Of a DNA stretch of 61,864 bases, positions 36,946 through 45,942 are shown in pieces. Within the stretch, counting starts at the first letter, position 1. Each line of letters starts with the position of its first letter. This stretch comes from Ramlibacter sp. (GTDB taxonomy: Bacteria > Pseudomonadota > Gammaproteobacteria > Burkholderiales > Burkholderiaceae_C): positions 1 through 61,864 of the forward strand of contig JAQGMU010000609.1 of assembly GCA_028292195.1 (NCBI GenBank), written 5' to 3'. The position numbers and the translations under genes were made by a program. Below the pieces are notes generated by a model that worked only from the letters and a program-made list of their open reading frames with translations, was not told where the DNA came from and searched no databases.

Positions 36946-37755
36946 TCAGGACGGGAAGTGGTTCGCCAGGGTGTCCCGCATGATCCCGAGCAGTTCCGCG
37001 CGCCGCTTCTTCTGGACTTCGCTGATGCCGCCGAGGCCGATGACCAGCGCCTGGCCGCCATCCGTCACGGGGAGCGGCATGGCGAGTACGGCGCCCCCGG
37101 GCGTGACCAGGTCGGAGGTGAAGGCATAACCCAGGCGCCTCACTTCCGCGATGGTTTGCAGCAGGTCGTCCGTCGCGACCGTGGGAGCCTTGATCGCGCC
37201 GCTGCGCACCTCGGCGTTGACGCGGTGCGCGACCTTTCGCACTTCGGCATCCGTAAGGGCGCTCAGGAGTGCATAGCCCGTGCCGGACGCGGCAACAGGG
37301 CGCAGCGCGCCCCGCGTCACGTGCAGCCGGGCGCTGCTCGTTGCCTGCAGCACGTGGATGTACTGGGCCCACACGCCGTTCTGGATCGCGAGCATCACGG
37401 CGTCGCCGGTGCGCTGTTGCAGGTCTTCCATGCAACGCAGCGCGACTCCCCCCATGAACAGCGGGCTGTTCACCCAGTTGCCGAGGAGCGCGACCCGGCA
37501 GCTGGGCGTGTAGGAGCGCGCACCGCGGTCGAAATGCAGGTAACCCATGGCGACGAGGCTGCGCAGCAGCGAGGAAGTACTGGACTGCGGCAGTCCAAGG
37601 GTTTCGGAGATCTCGATCACGTTGGCATGCCGCTGGATCTCGTCGAAGTACTCGAGGACCTGCAATGCCCGGGCCGCCGATTTCACGACTCCTCCCGGCA
37701 GTGGTGGCCTCGAGCCCACGGCAGGTTTCTTCTCGGGAATCCATTTCTTGCTCAT
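36946..37755 (-). CDS. IclR-family transcriptional regulator
   Basis: VKSAARALQVLEYF, LGLPQSSTSSLLRSLVAMGYL, SGTGYALL, VRRLGYA. Confidence 0.93.
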   Translation of the reverse strand: MSKKWIPEKKPAVGSRPPLPGGVVKSAARALQVLEYFDEIQRHANVIEISETLGLPQSSTSSLLRSLVAMGYLHFDRGARSYTPSCRVALLGNWVNSPLFMGGVALRCMEDLQQRTGDAVMLAIQNGVWAQYIHVLQATSSARLHVTRGALRPVAASGTGYALLSALTDAEVRKVAHRVNAEVRSGAIKAPTVATDDLLQTIAEVRRLGYAFTSDLVTPGGAVLAMPLPVTDGGQALVIGLGGISEVQKKRRAELLGIMRDTLANHFPS

Positions 37756-37777
37756 GGTGCAATGTACTTTCCAGGGC

Positions 37778-38713
37778 CTATCGAGCGGCCAGGCAAACGC
37801 CGGCGACACCTGCCATGACGAGTATCAATCCTGCCTGCTCGATGGTGGAGATCCGCTCGTGCATCATGCGTCTGGAGACCACGTAACTCAGGACAACCTC
37901 GACCATGCTCAACGCGCGGACGTCGGCAGCAGGCCTGAGGATGTAAGCCGTGACTCCGGTGACGGAGGCCACCGCTCCAGCAAGACCGGCGATGGCGGAT
38001 ATGCGCCAGGAACTGAAGACCAGCAGCAACTGCGGCCGCGACCGCCAAGCCATCCACCCGCAAATGACTGCCGACTGCAGGGCTTGCGCCAGCAGGATCG
38101 TCCAGCCGCCCGCGTACCAGACCGAGTAGGGCCCGGCGCGCATGAATTCGAGCCCGGCTGCCCGATACGATATGACGGCTACCGCGAAGCAGCCGCCGGC
38201 ACCAAGTCCGCATAGCGCTGCCGGGCCGAGCCCGCGCCATCCTGCGGAGGCGCTGAACTGCATCCTGGGAATTGCGAGCAGAACGACTCCCGCAACGGCG
38301 ACCGTCATCGCGACCAGCGCCGGTGCCGTGGGCAGTTCATGGAGGAGGAGAGCACCAAGGCCGGCGACCTGCAGGACTTCCGTCTTCGAGTAGGTGACCG
38401 CGATGACGAAATTTCCACGCTGCATCGAAGCCACGAGCAGCGCCGTCGCCATGGCTTGCGCCAGCGCGCCCAGTACCAGCCATGCTGCGTAGGCACCGGT
38501 GACATGCGGCACGGCGGTGCCAGGGTCGGACGCCACTTGCAGGACCAGGACGTACGCGAATGCAAATGGCAGTCCGTACAGGAACCGCACCAGGGTCGCG
38601 GCCATGGGCCCTGCAGTGCCGGTCAGCGAGCGTTGCGCTGCGTTTCTGGTGGTCTGGGCGATGGCCGAAAAAAGGACCACCGGGATCCACAGCCACGATG
38701 GTGCTTCAGCCAT
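37778..38713 (-). CDS. EamA/DMT-family transporter
   Basis: QTTRNAAQRSL, ATLVRFLYGLPF, NFVIAVTYSKTEV; about 10 hydrophobic segments. Confidence 0.85.
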   Translation of the reverse strand: MAEAPSWLWIPVVLFSAIAQTTRNAAQRSLTGTAGPMAATLVRFLYGLPFAFAYVLVLQVASDPGTAVPHVTGAYAAWLVLGALAQAMATALLVASMQRGNFVIAVTYSKTEVLQVAGLGALLLHELPTAPALVAMTVAVAGVVLLAIPRMQFSASAGWRGLGPAALCGLGAGGCFAVAVISYRAAGLEFMRAGPYSVWYAGGWTILLAQALQSAVICGWMAWRSRPQLLLVFSSWRISAIAGLAGAVASVTGVTAYILRPAADVRALSMVEVVLSYVVSRRMMHERISTIEQAGLILVMAGVAGVCLAAR

Positions 38714-38739
38714 GGATCATGGCGAGGCCCGCGCCGGCA

Positions 38740-39711
38740 CTATCTCTTGATCCCGGTTCCGGTCAGCTCCACCAGCCTGGACCAGCGCTTCGAGTCTTCG
38801 TCCAGGAAGGCCTTGTATTCCGCCGGAGTGCTGGTGGCGGTGAGGGCGCCGTTCTCGCGCAAGCGCTCGCGCGGCTCCGGCCGGTTCAGCGAGGTCTGCA
38901 CGGCCGCGGAAAGCCGTTCGACGATCGCCCTCGGCGTGCCCGCGGGCGCGACGAGCCCCAGCCATGGCACGGCCTCGAGGAAGCGGGGATATCCGGCTTC
39001 CGCCATGGTCGGGATGTTCGGCATGTCCGGGTGGCGCACCGGCGTGCCGGAGGCAAGCACCTTGATCTTGCCGCCCTTCAGCATTTCGGGCACGCCGATC
39101 GTCGGGTAGAAGGACATCGAGACGCGGCCGGCCATCACCTCGAGGGCAACCTGTCCGTTGCTCTTGAACGGTACGTGGAGCAGCTTGGTGCCGGTGATCT
39201 GCTCGAACAGCGCGCCGGCCAGGTGGCCCGACGAGCCGATGCCCGACGATCCATAGGAGATGCCCTCCGGCTGCGCCTTGGCCGCGCGCACGACGTCCTG
39301 GACGGAGTTCAGGTGCGACTCCGTGCCGGTGATGAGCACCAGCGGCAGGATCACGACCTGCGAGATCGGGGCGAAGTCCTTCAGTTCGTAGCGCACCTTC
39401 TCGATCATCAGGGGGTTGATCAGGTGGGCGTGCGTGAACATCAGGAGGGTCAGGCCATCGGGTGCCGACTGGCCGACGACGTCGGCGGCGATGTTTCCGC
39501 TGGCACCGGGTCTGTTCTCGACGATCACGGGCTGCTTCAGCTCCGCCGAAAGCTCCTTGGCCAGGTGGCGGGCAATGATGTCGGTCGGCCCTCCCGCGCT
39601 GTAGCCCGCGATGAGGTGGATCGGCTTGTCGCTGTTGCCGATCTGGGCGGATGCACCGCCGCCAGCGGCGAGCGCGATCATGCCGAGGGAGAAATTTCGT
39701 CTAGACGTCAT
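38740..39711 (-). CDS. Bug/TctC substrate-binding protein
   Basis: SRRNFS leader, PIHLIAGYSAGGPTD, VENRPGASG, HVPFK. Confidence 0.93.
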   Translation of the reverse strand: MTSRRNFSLGMIALAAGGGASAQIGNSDKPIHLIAGYSAGGPTDIIARHLAKELSAELKQPVIVENRPGASGNIAADVVGQSAPDGLTLLMFTHAHLINPLMIEKVRYELKDFAPISQVVILPLVLITGTESHLNSVQDVVRAAKAQPEGISYGSSGIGSSGHLAGALFEQITGTKLLHVPFKSNGQVALEVMAGRVSMSFYPTIGVPEMLKGGKIKVLASGTPVRHPDMPNIPTMAEAGYPRFLEAVPWLGLVAPAGTPRAIVERLSAAVQTSLNRPEPRERLRENGALTATSTPAEYKAFLDEDSKRWSRLVELTGTGIKR

Positions 39712-41309
39712 GGGTGTCTCCAGGTGTCGGTGTCGCGCGTGGAGTCCCACGCGCGTTCGTTGGAAAGCGCTTTGAGCTTGTGGCGCTCGATTTCGAGCTT
39801 GGTGGTCGAGCGCGGGAAATCGGCCACGAACTCGATGTACCGGGGCACCTTGAAAGCCGCGATGCGCGTGCGGCACCATTGCGCCAGCGCGGCGGGGTGG
39901 ATGGCATAGTCCGGCTCGGCGATCACGAAGGCCTTGATCTCTTCTTCGCCGACGTCAGAGGGCACGCCCACTGCCACGACGTCCTTGACGCCGGGATACT
40001 GCCGCACGAGCGCCTCGATCTCGTAGGCCGAGACGTTCTCGCCGCGCCGGCGCATCCAGTGCACCTGGCGGCCGGTGAAGTACAGGTCGCCGTCCTCATC
40101 GAGGTGGCCGAGGTCGCCTGTGTGCAGCCACAGGTTGCGAAAGGTTTCCACCGTCTTCTTCTCGTTGTTCAGGTAGCCCGCCATGAAGATGTGCGGGACC
40201 CGCGGGCGCAGGCAGATCTGCCCCACGGCGCCGGGCGGCAGCGGCAGGTCGCGCTCGTCGACGATCTGCAGGTCGGCCCAGCCGCAGCCGTTGCCGTTGG
40301 ACAGCGGCTTGGACGAGTTGGGCTTGCCGTGGATGATCACCGTGCCCCCGCCCTCCGACAGCGAGTAGACGTTGATCAGTTCGATGCCGAAGCGCTCGGC
40401 GAACAGCGGCGGAATGTGTTCCGGCAATTGCAGGATCGGCGCCAGGCATACCCGCACGCTGTTGTCCTTCTCGTCCGGGTTCTCGGGCGCCTGCGCCAGC
40501 AGCAGCATGATCGTGCCGATCATGTCGATCACCGTCGACTTCGTCTCGCGGATGCGGCGCCAGTAGTTGCTCAGGCTGAACTTTGCATCCACCGTCGTCG
40601 GGATGCCGCACATGATCGGCCCGAGCACGCCGAGCTGCAGCCCGCCGTTGTGGAACAGCGAGAGCACCGAGTAGTGGCGGTCGCCGGGCCGGATGTCGAA
40701 GGTCTCACGGTACCGGTAGGTCGCCGCGATCCACGCGAAGTGGGGCAGGATCACGCCCTTGGGCAGCCCGGTGGTACCGCCGGTGTAGACGACGACGGCC
40801 GGGTCCGCGGGCCCGATTTCCACGGCCGGCGGCGCGGCCGTGCCCGAGAGCAGTTGCTCGAAGGAGGCGTAGGCCGGCCTGGCTTCGCCGACGGTGAAGC
40901 GCAGGCCGGGCACGTCGGCGCCGGTCGCTTCCACGCGGGCCACGTAGTCCGAAGCCACCACCAGCGCCTTGGGCGCGGCATCGCGCAGGGTGTAGGCGAG
41001 GTCGTCGCCGATCAGGCCGGTGTTGACCGGGAACCAGACGGCGCCGATCTTCACCGCGCCGAACCAGGTGAGGATCTGCTCCAGCGAATTCGGCAGCATC
41101 GAGGCGACGTGGTCGCCCTTGCGGATGCCCAGCCCGTGCAGGTTGGCCGCCACGCGGTCGGCCAGGCCGACCAGTTCGCCATACGTCATCCTGCGGCCGC
41201 AGATCTCGATGGCGAACTGGTCGCGCTGGTCGCGCGCCCGCTCGTCGAGCAGCTGGCCGATCGTTTCCCACTCCATGCGGGCGCCGTTCACTGTCAGTTC
41301 AAGGGACAC
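39708..41309 (-). CDS. AMP-binding CoA ligase (CaiC-like)
   Basis: YTGGTTGLPKG, YSLSE, FRNLWLHTGDLG, RRRGENVS; GTG start with SD GGAGGA. Confidence 0.93.
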   Translation of the reverse strand: MSLELTVNGARMEWETIGQLLDERARDQRDQFAIEICGRRMTYGELVGLADRVAANLHGLGIRKGDHVASMLPNSLEQILTWFGAVKIGAVWFPVNTGLIGDDLAYTLRDAAPKALVVASDYVARVEATGADVPGLRFTVGEARPAYASFEQLLSGTAAPPAVEIGPADPAVVVYTGGTTGLPKGVILPHFAWIAATYRYRETFDIRPGDRHYSVLSLFHNGGLQLGVLGPIMCGIPTTVDAKFSLSNYWRRIRETKSTVIDMIGTIMLLLAQAPENPDEKDNSVRVCLAPILQLPEHIPPLFAERFGIELINVYSLSEGGGTVIIHGKPNSSKPLSNGNGCGWADLQIVDERDLPLPPGAVGQICLRPRVPHIFMAGYLNNEKKTVETFRNLWLHTGDLGHLDEDGDLYFTGRQVHWMRRRGENVSAYEIEALVRQYPGVKDVVAVGVPSDVGEEEIKAFVIAEPDYAIHPAALAQWCRTRIAAFKVPRYIEFVADFPRSTTKLEIERHKLKALSNERAWDSTRDTDTWRHP

Positions 41310-41685
41310 GCGTTCCTCCGGGAAGTGTGGCGACGGGCAGGGCGCGGTCCCCCACCCGTTCGAAAGCGATGACGACGGAGTCGCCGATGCGGGCGGCGGT
41401 GGCGCCGGCCGCGAAGGTGACGAGCATGCGCACGCCTTCCTCGAGTTCGACGTAGCCGGTCGTGTAAGGCGCCGGCCGGCCCGCTGCAGTCACGGTGCTG
41501 CGGTGCACGGTGGTCACGGCGTGGACGGTGCCGTTGCGGCGCGACTCGCGCCACTCCATCGCGGTGGAGCACGCAGGGCAGGCCGTGCGGGCGACGAAGG
41601 TGCGGCTTCCGCAGGCCGGGCAGGCGCGGTAAAGCAGCACGCCGCGCTCGCCCGCTTCCCACCATTCCCGCATCAGTGCGCTCAT
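41299..41685 (-). CDS. DUF35-type Zn-ribbon + OB-fold protein
   Basis: CPACG...RTACPAC, GTVHAVTTVH, PY..GYVELEEGVRM, RIGDSV. Confidence 0.9.
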   Translation of the reverse strand: MSALMREWWEAGERGVLLYRACPACGSRTFVARTACPACSTAMEWRESRRNGTVHAVTTVHRSTVTAAGRPAPYTTGYVELEEGVRMLVTFAAGATAARIGDSVVIAFERVGDRALPVATLPGGTRVP

Positions 41686-42845
41686 GCCGGCGCTCCGAGG
41701 ATCAGGGTGCCCGACCCGTGGCGGGCATCCAGCGTGCCGCCGATGCCGCAAGCGAGTCCGACCTTGGCGTCCTTGACCTGGCGGGCGCCGGCTTCACCGC
41801 GCAGCTGCCTGACGGTTTCTACCACCAGGAAGATGCCGCGCATGCCGGGGTGGTTGTTGCGCAGGCCGCCGCCGTCCATGTTGGTGGGCAACTTGCCGCC
41901 AGGGCGCAGAACACCCGAGGCCGCCAAGGCGCCGCCTTCGCCCTTGGCGCAGAAGCCCAGGTCTTCCAGCAGCGTCAGCACCGTGATGGTGAAGGAGTCG
42001 TACAGCATGCAGAAGTCGACGTCGCGCGGGGCCAGGCCGCTCTCGCGGAAGGCGGCCGCGCCCGACATGCGCGCGGCAGACTCGGTGAAACGCAGCGCCG
42101 AACTCGTGTCGCGGTGCGCCAGGTATTCGCCGGCGCCAAGGATGCGCACCGCGCCGGCGCGGCAGTCGCGCGCGATGTCGTTGCGGGCGACCACCAGCGC
42201 GCCGCCGCCGTCGGTGATCACGCAGCACATGCCGGCGGTGAGCGGCGTGGCCACCGGCGCCGACGCCAGCACGTCGGCGATGGTGACGGTGCCTTGCCGC
42301 AGCGCCTGCGGATTCATCGCGCCCCATTCGCTGGCGGCCACTGCCGGTGCGGCCAGCTGCTCCGGCGTGGTGCCATATTCGTGCATGTGGCGGCTGGCGA
42401 ACATGGCGTAGCGCGCCGCGACCGTGGCGCCGTGCGCCGTCTCGCGTTCGTCCGCGATCTCGTCCATCACGCCGCCGGTGCCGATGCCGACGCGTCCCGA
42501 TTTCGACAGGCTGCCGTAGACGACCAGGGCCACGTTGCAGGCGCCGCTTTCGATCGCGCGTACCGCGTGGTGCACGTGGGCGAGGAAGGCGGTGCCGCCG
42601 ATGCGGGTGGTGTCGGACCAGCGCGGCTCGATACCGAGCTGCTCGGCCAGCAACAGCGCCGGCACCAGCCCTGGCAGGTTCGCCATGAACAGGCCGTCGA
42701 CCTGGCTGGCGTGCAGGCCGGCATCGGCCAGCGCGCCATGCGCGGCCTGGGCGAAGACGTCGATCAAGGCCATGTCCGGCAGCGTGCGCTGCGGGATTTC
42801 GTAGGCGCCGACGATGCCGGCGCCGAGCTTTGCGGCGGTTGCCAT
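41682..42845 (-). CDS. Thiolase-like protein (SCP2/Ltp2 type) without the nucleophilic Cys
   Basis: RIGGTAF at the nucleophile position, ASRHMHEYG, CCVITDGGGA, LYDSFT, LEDLGFC.KGEGG, NMDGGGLRNNHPG. Confidence 0.9.
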   Translation of the reverse strand: MATAAKLGAGIVGAYEIPQRTLPDMALIDVFAQAAHGALADAGLHASQVDGLFMANLPGLVPALLLAEQLGIEPRWSDTTRIGGTAFLAHVHHAVRAIESGACNVALVVYGSLSKSGRVGIGTGGVMDEIADERETAHGATVAARYAMFASRHMHEYGTTPEQLAAPAVAASEWGAMNPQALRQGTVTIADVLASAPVATPLTAGMCCVITDGGGALVVARNDIARDCRAGAVRILGAGEYLAHRDTSSALRFTESAARMSGAAAFRESGLAPRDVDFCMLYDSFTITVLTLLEDLGFCAKGEGGALAASGVLRPGGKLPTNMDGGGLRNNHPGMRGIFLVVETVRQLRGEAGARQVKDAKVGLACGIGGTLDARHGSGTLILGAPA

Positions 42846-42865
42846 GCGTTGTCGCAGCGGCCGCG

Positions 42866-43789
42866 TCAGGCGGCGCGCAGCAGGGCCGCGTTCTTCGGCC
42901 TGGCCGGGCCGAAGGGCTCATCGCCCTCGATCTCCACCCGGTACATCTCCCGGCGGAAGCCGAGGTAGTCGTCCAGCGCCAGGTGCTGCGTGCAGCGGTT
43001 GTCCCAGAGCGCCAGCGTGCCCCGGCTCCAGCGGTAGCGGCAGCTCAGGAGCTCCTGCGTCGCCAGCTCCTGGAAGAACTTCATCAGCGGCGCGCTCTCC
43101 TCCGGCGTCATGTCCTCGAAGCGGCGCCCGTAGTCGAGCCCGGTGATCCACAACGCCTTGCGGCCGGTTTCGGGATGGATGCGCACCAGCGGATGCACGC
43201 GCTCCTTGACCGCTTCCTTGGCCGCATCCGGCAGCACCGTCAGCCCGGCGCCGCCGGCCTTGGCCGTCGCGTAATGCACGGCACTGTGCACCACCGTCAG
43301 CGATTCGGCCAGGCGCTTCATGCCGGCACTCAGCATGTCGTACGCCAGGTACAGGTTGCAGAACAGCGTGTCGCCACCGTAGGGCGGCACGTCCTTGGAG
43401 TACAGGGAAGAGCCCATCGGCGGCCGCTCGTCGAAACTGGAGTCCGAGTGCCAGCGGCGGCCGATCACCTGCACGTCCTCGTCCTTCTCGCGCTTGAGCA
43501 GCAGCACTTCCGGGTACTGCTCCATCGTCTTCAGGAACGGATGGCGCGTGAGGGGCCCGAAGCGCCGCGCGAAGTCGCACTGGTGCTGCGGCGTGATGTC
43601 CTGGTCGGCGATGAACACCACCAGGTTGTCCAGGAAGGCCTGGCGGATTTCCGCGAACACCTCGTCGGCCAGCGGCTTCGACAGGTCGACGCCGCGGATC
43701 TCCGCGCCTAGTGCGCCGGCCAGGGGCCGCACATCGATGTGGCGATAGCTGCCCGTGCGGATGTTCTGGATCGAAACGCGTTCTGGCAT
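42866..43789 (-). CDS. TauD/TfdA-family Fe(II)/2-oxoglutarate dioxygenase
   Basis: LGAEIRGVDL, WHSD, GGDTLF, HPLVRIHPETGRK, WDNRCTQH...R. Confidence 0.95.
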   Translation of the reverse strand: MPERVSIQNIRTGSYRHIDVRPLAGALGAEIRGVDLSKPLADEVFAEIRQAFLDNLVVFIADQDITPQHQCDFARRFGPLTRHPFLKTMEQYPEVLLLKREKDEDVQVIGRRWHSDSSFDERPPMGSSLYSKDVPPYGGDTLFCNLYLAYDMLSAGMKRLAESLTVVHSAVHYATAKAGGAGLTVLPDAAKEAVKERVHPLVRIHPETGRKALWITGLDYGRRFEDMTPEESAPLMKFFQELATQELLSCRYRWSRGTLALWDNRCTQHLALDDYLGFRREMYRVEIEGDEPFGPARPKNAALLRAA

Positions 43790-43824
43790 GTGGGTCTCCT
43801 GGTTCCGGCAGCTGGTTCCGACGC

Positions 43825-44610
43825 TCAGTGCCGGTACGAAGGGTCGATGCGGTCCAGCCGCCGCAGCAGCGCGGTCCAGGCCAGCTCGCCATTGACGACG
43901 GGGTCGTCCTTGCGCGCCTGGTACTTGGCGTAGGTTCGCTCCATCACCTGCCGCGGCGGCAGGGTGAGCTCGCTGTTGCTGGCCATCGCCATCAGCTGCA
44001 CCTGGCAGGCGCGCTCCAGGCGGTACAGCAGGCTGAAGGCCTCGCCCACGCTGCGGCCACCGACCAGCAGGCCGTGGTTGCGCAGGATCATGGCGTTGTT
44101 GCCGCCGAGGTCGCGCACGATGCGCTGCTGCTCGTCGAGCTCGTCGGCGATGCCCTCGAAGTCGTGGTACGCGAGGTGCAGGAACGGCATGGCGGTCTGC
44201 GCCATGGGCACCAGGCCGCCCTTCAGTGCCGAGACGGCCATGCCGGCCGGTGTGTGGGTGTGGGCGACGCAGGCGATCTCGGGGCGGGCCTTGTGAACCG
44301 CCCCGTGAATCACGAAGCCGGCGGCGTTGACGCCGTAGCCGCTGGTGTTGAGGATCGTCCGGCCCTCGACGTCGATCTTGATCAGGCTGGAAGCATCGAT
44401 CTCGTCATAGAGCATGCCGAAAGGGTTGATCAGGAACTGGTCGTGCGTGCCGGGAACGCGGCACGAGATGTGGTTCGCGATCAGGTCCGTCATGCCGAAC
44501 AGCTCGGTCAGCCGGTAGCAGGCCGCCAGCTCCACGCGCGCCTGCCATTCCGCGGCAGAGACCTGACCGCGGACCTCGCTGGGCGGCGCGGTGGCGCTTG
44601 ACGCTTCCAT
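43825..44610 (-). CDS. Class II aldolase/adducin-family protein
   Basis: RVELAACYR, NHIS, AGFVIHGAVH, HTHT, LRNHGLL; SD GAGGAG. Confidence 0.93.
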   Translation of the reverse strand: MEASSATAPPSEVRGQVSAAEWQARVELAACYRLTELFGMTDLIANHISCRVPGTHDQFLINPFGMLYDEIDASSLIKIDVEGRTILNTSGYGVNAAGFVIHGAVHKARPEIACVAHTHTPAGMAVSALKGGLVPMAQTAMPFLHLAYHDFEGIADELDEQQRIVRDLGGNNAMILRNHGLLVGGRSVGEAFSLLYRLERACQVQLMAMASNSELTLPPRQVMERTYAKYQARKDDPVVNGELAWTALLRRLDRIDPSYRH

Positions 44611-44652
44611 GGCTCCTCCGGATCTGGCGAGGCGGCAAACCGCCGCATTCAC

Positions 44653-44671
44653 AAACCAGTTGGATAGTATA
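44653..44671 (-). promoter_or_regulatory. -10 box TATACT overlapped by candidate TetR operator, copy 1
   Basis: Minus strand reads T-ATACTATCCAACTGGTTT upstream of the aldolase gene. Confidence 0.6.
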
Positions 44672-44678
44672 AAAGCGT

Positions 44679-44735
44679 CGGCGCAGCCAGGAAGCTGGAA
44701 AACCCCTAGGAGCCCTGGGCGCGCTGGCTGCGCCG
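44679..44735. repeat. 12-bp inverted repeat downstream of the ABC operon (terminator-like)
   Basis: CGGCGCAGCCAG (44679-44690) / CTGGCTGCGCCG (44724-44735). Confidence 0.45.
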
Positions 44736-44743
44736 CCGGTTCA

Positions 44744-45895
44744 CTACCGCGGGTAGGGCAGGAATTTCTTCTGCTTCATGTCCAGCAGGATCGGGTAGCC
44801 GGTCACTTCGGACAGGTGCTGCTTACCGGAGAAGCTGATCGGCGGCATGATGCCGGTCTTGAAGGCCTTCAGGCCCTCGAGCTTGGCCATCGTGCAGGCC
44901 CGCGTGAGGTTGCGGCCGCATTGCTTCATGCCCTCCGCCAGCACTTTCATCGCCACGTAGCCGATGGCGGTGTAGCGGTTCATCTTCGGCAGGTCGGCGG
45001 GGTTGGCGTGCTTCTTCGCCAGCGCCAGGAAACCGGCCATCGACGGGTCGTCCAGCGAAGGCACGAAGTCGTACAGCAGCATGCCGTCGCCTTCTTCCCC
45101 GACCAGGTCGATCATGGGCGGGAAGTGCGACAGCCAGAGCGTGCTGACGAACAGGTTCATGCCCAGCTTCTTCGACTCGCGGATGATGCTGGCCTGCATG
45201 GCGGGAAAGGTGCCGAGGAAGATGGCGTTGGCGCCGGATTCCTTGACGCGCAGCACTTCCGCCGAGAAATCCGTCTGGCCACGCTTGTGCCGCTGGACGT
45301 TCACGACCTGCTGGTTCAGTTCCTTGGCGCCGCGCACGAAGCCGACCTCCTGGTCGATGCCGCTTTCGTCGTCCTGCACGATCACGGCCCATTTCAGGCC
45401 GGGCTTTTTCGCCGCGATGAACTTCATCAGGTCGAACGACGCGTCGCGGTAGGCCATGCCGATGCCGAAGTGCGTCTTGCGCACCGGGTCGAAGGTGGCC
45501 AGGCTGGCCACCAGCGGCGTCACCGACGGGATGCCCTTTTCTTCCAGCATCGGCAGCACGGCCAGCGTGCTGGCGGCGCCGGAGGCGGAGGTGAGCGCGA
45601 AGATCTTGTCCACGTCGATCAGCTTCTGCACCTGCTGCACCGTGCGCGCCGGCACGTAGCCGTCGTCCTCGGGCACGAATTTGATCATGCGGCCGTTGAT
45701 GCCGCCGGCCGCGTTGATCTCCGCCGCCGCGATCTGCGAGCCGATCGCGGTTGCATAGCCGAGCACGCCGGCCGGGCCGGTGAACGGCGTGGTCGCGCCG
45801 ACCACGATCTCCTTGTCGGTCACGCCGGGGTCCTGGGCCCACGCCGCCGTGGCACAGACACAAGCCGCAAGTGCGGCCATCATCAAACGTTTCAT
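44744..45895 (-). CDS. HAAT/Liv-type ABC substrate-binding protein
   Basis: Signal AWA, QDPGVTDKEIVVG, INAAGGINGR, DDGYVP, DFSAEV; SD AGGAG. Confidence 0.94.
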   Translation of the reverse strand: MKRLMMAALAACVCATAAWAQDPGVTDKEIVVGATTPFTGPAGVLGYATAIGSQIAAAEINAAGGINGRMIKFVPEDDGYVPARTVQQVQKLIDVDKIFALTSASGAASTLAVLPMLEEKGIPSVTPLVASLATFDPVRKTHFGIGMAYRDASFDLMKFIAAKKPGLKWAVIVQDDESGIDQEVGFVRGAKELNQQVVNVQRHKRGQTDFSAEVLRVKESGANAIFLGTFPAMQASIIRESKKLGMNLFVSTLWLSHFPPMIDLVGEEGDGMLLYDFVPSLDDPSMAGFLALAKKHANPADLPKMNRYTAIGYVAMKVLAEGMKQCGRNLTRACTMAKLEGLKAFKTGIMPPISFSGKQHLSEVTGYPILLDMKQKKFLPYPR

Positions 45896-45942
45896 CTTGT
45901 CTCCTGGTGGTTGGTTGGTCTACGGATGCGGAAAGCCGGCAA

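Noticed and set aside
12046-37755. Secondary-metabolite biosynthetic cluster (SnoaL-like proteins, cupin, aminotransferase, adenylation enzymes)
   Set aside because: There is no carrier protein, ketosynthase or condensation domain, and importers dominate, which favours catabolism.
36946-38713. IclR and DMT genes look slightly more AT-rich than their neighbours
   Set aside because: This is an impression only; I cannot quantify it without a GC3 or codon computation, and I saw no boundary repeats.
26029-42845. Steroid degradation cluster (heteromeric ACADs, Ltp2/DUF35)
   Set aside because: No ketosteroid dehydrogenase, Rieske hydroxylase, MaoC hydratase or ring-cleavage dioxygenase is seen; the similarity is only at family level.
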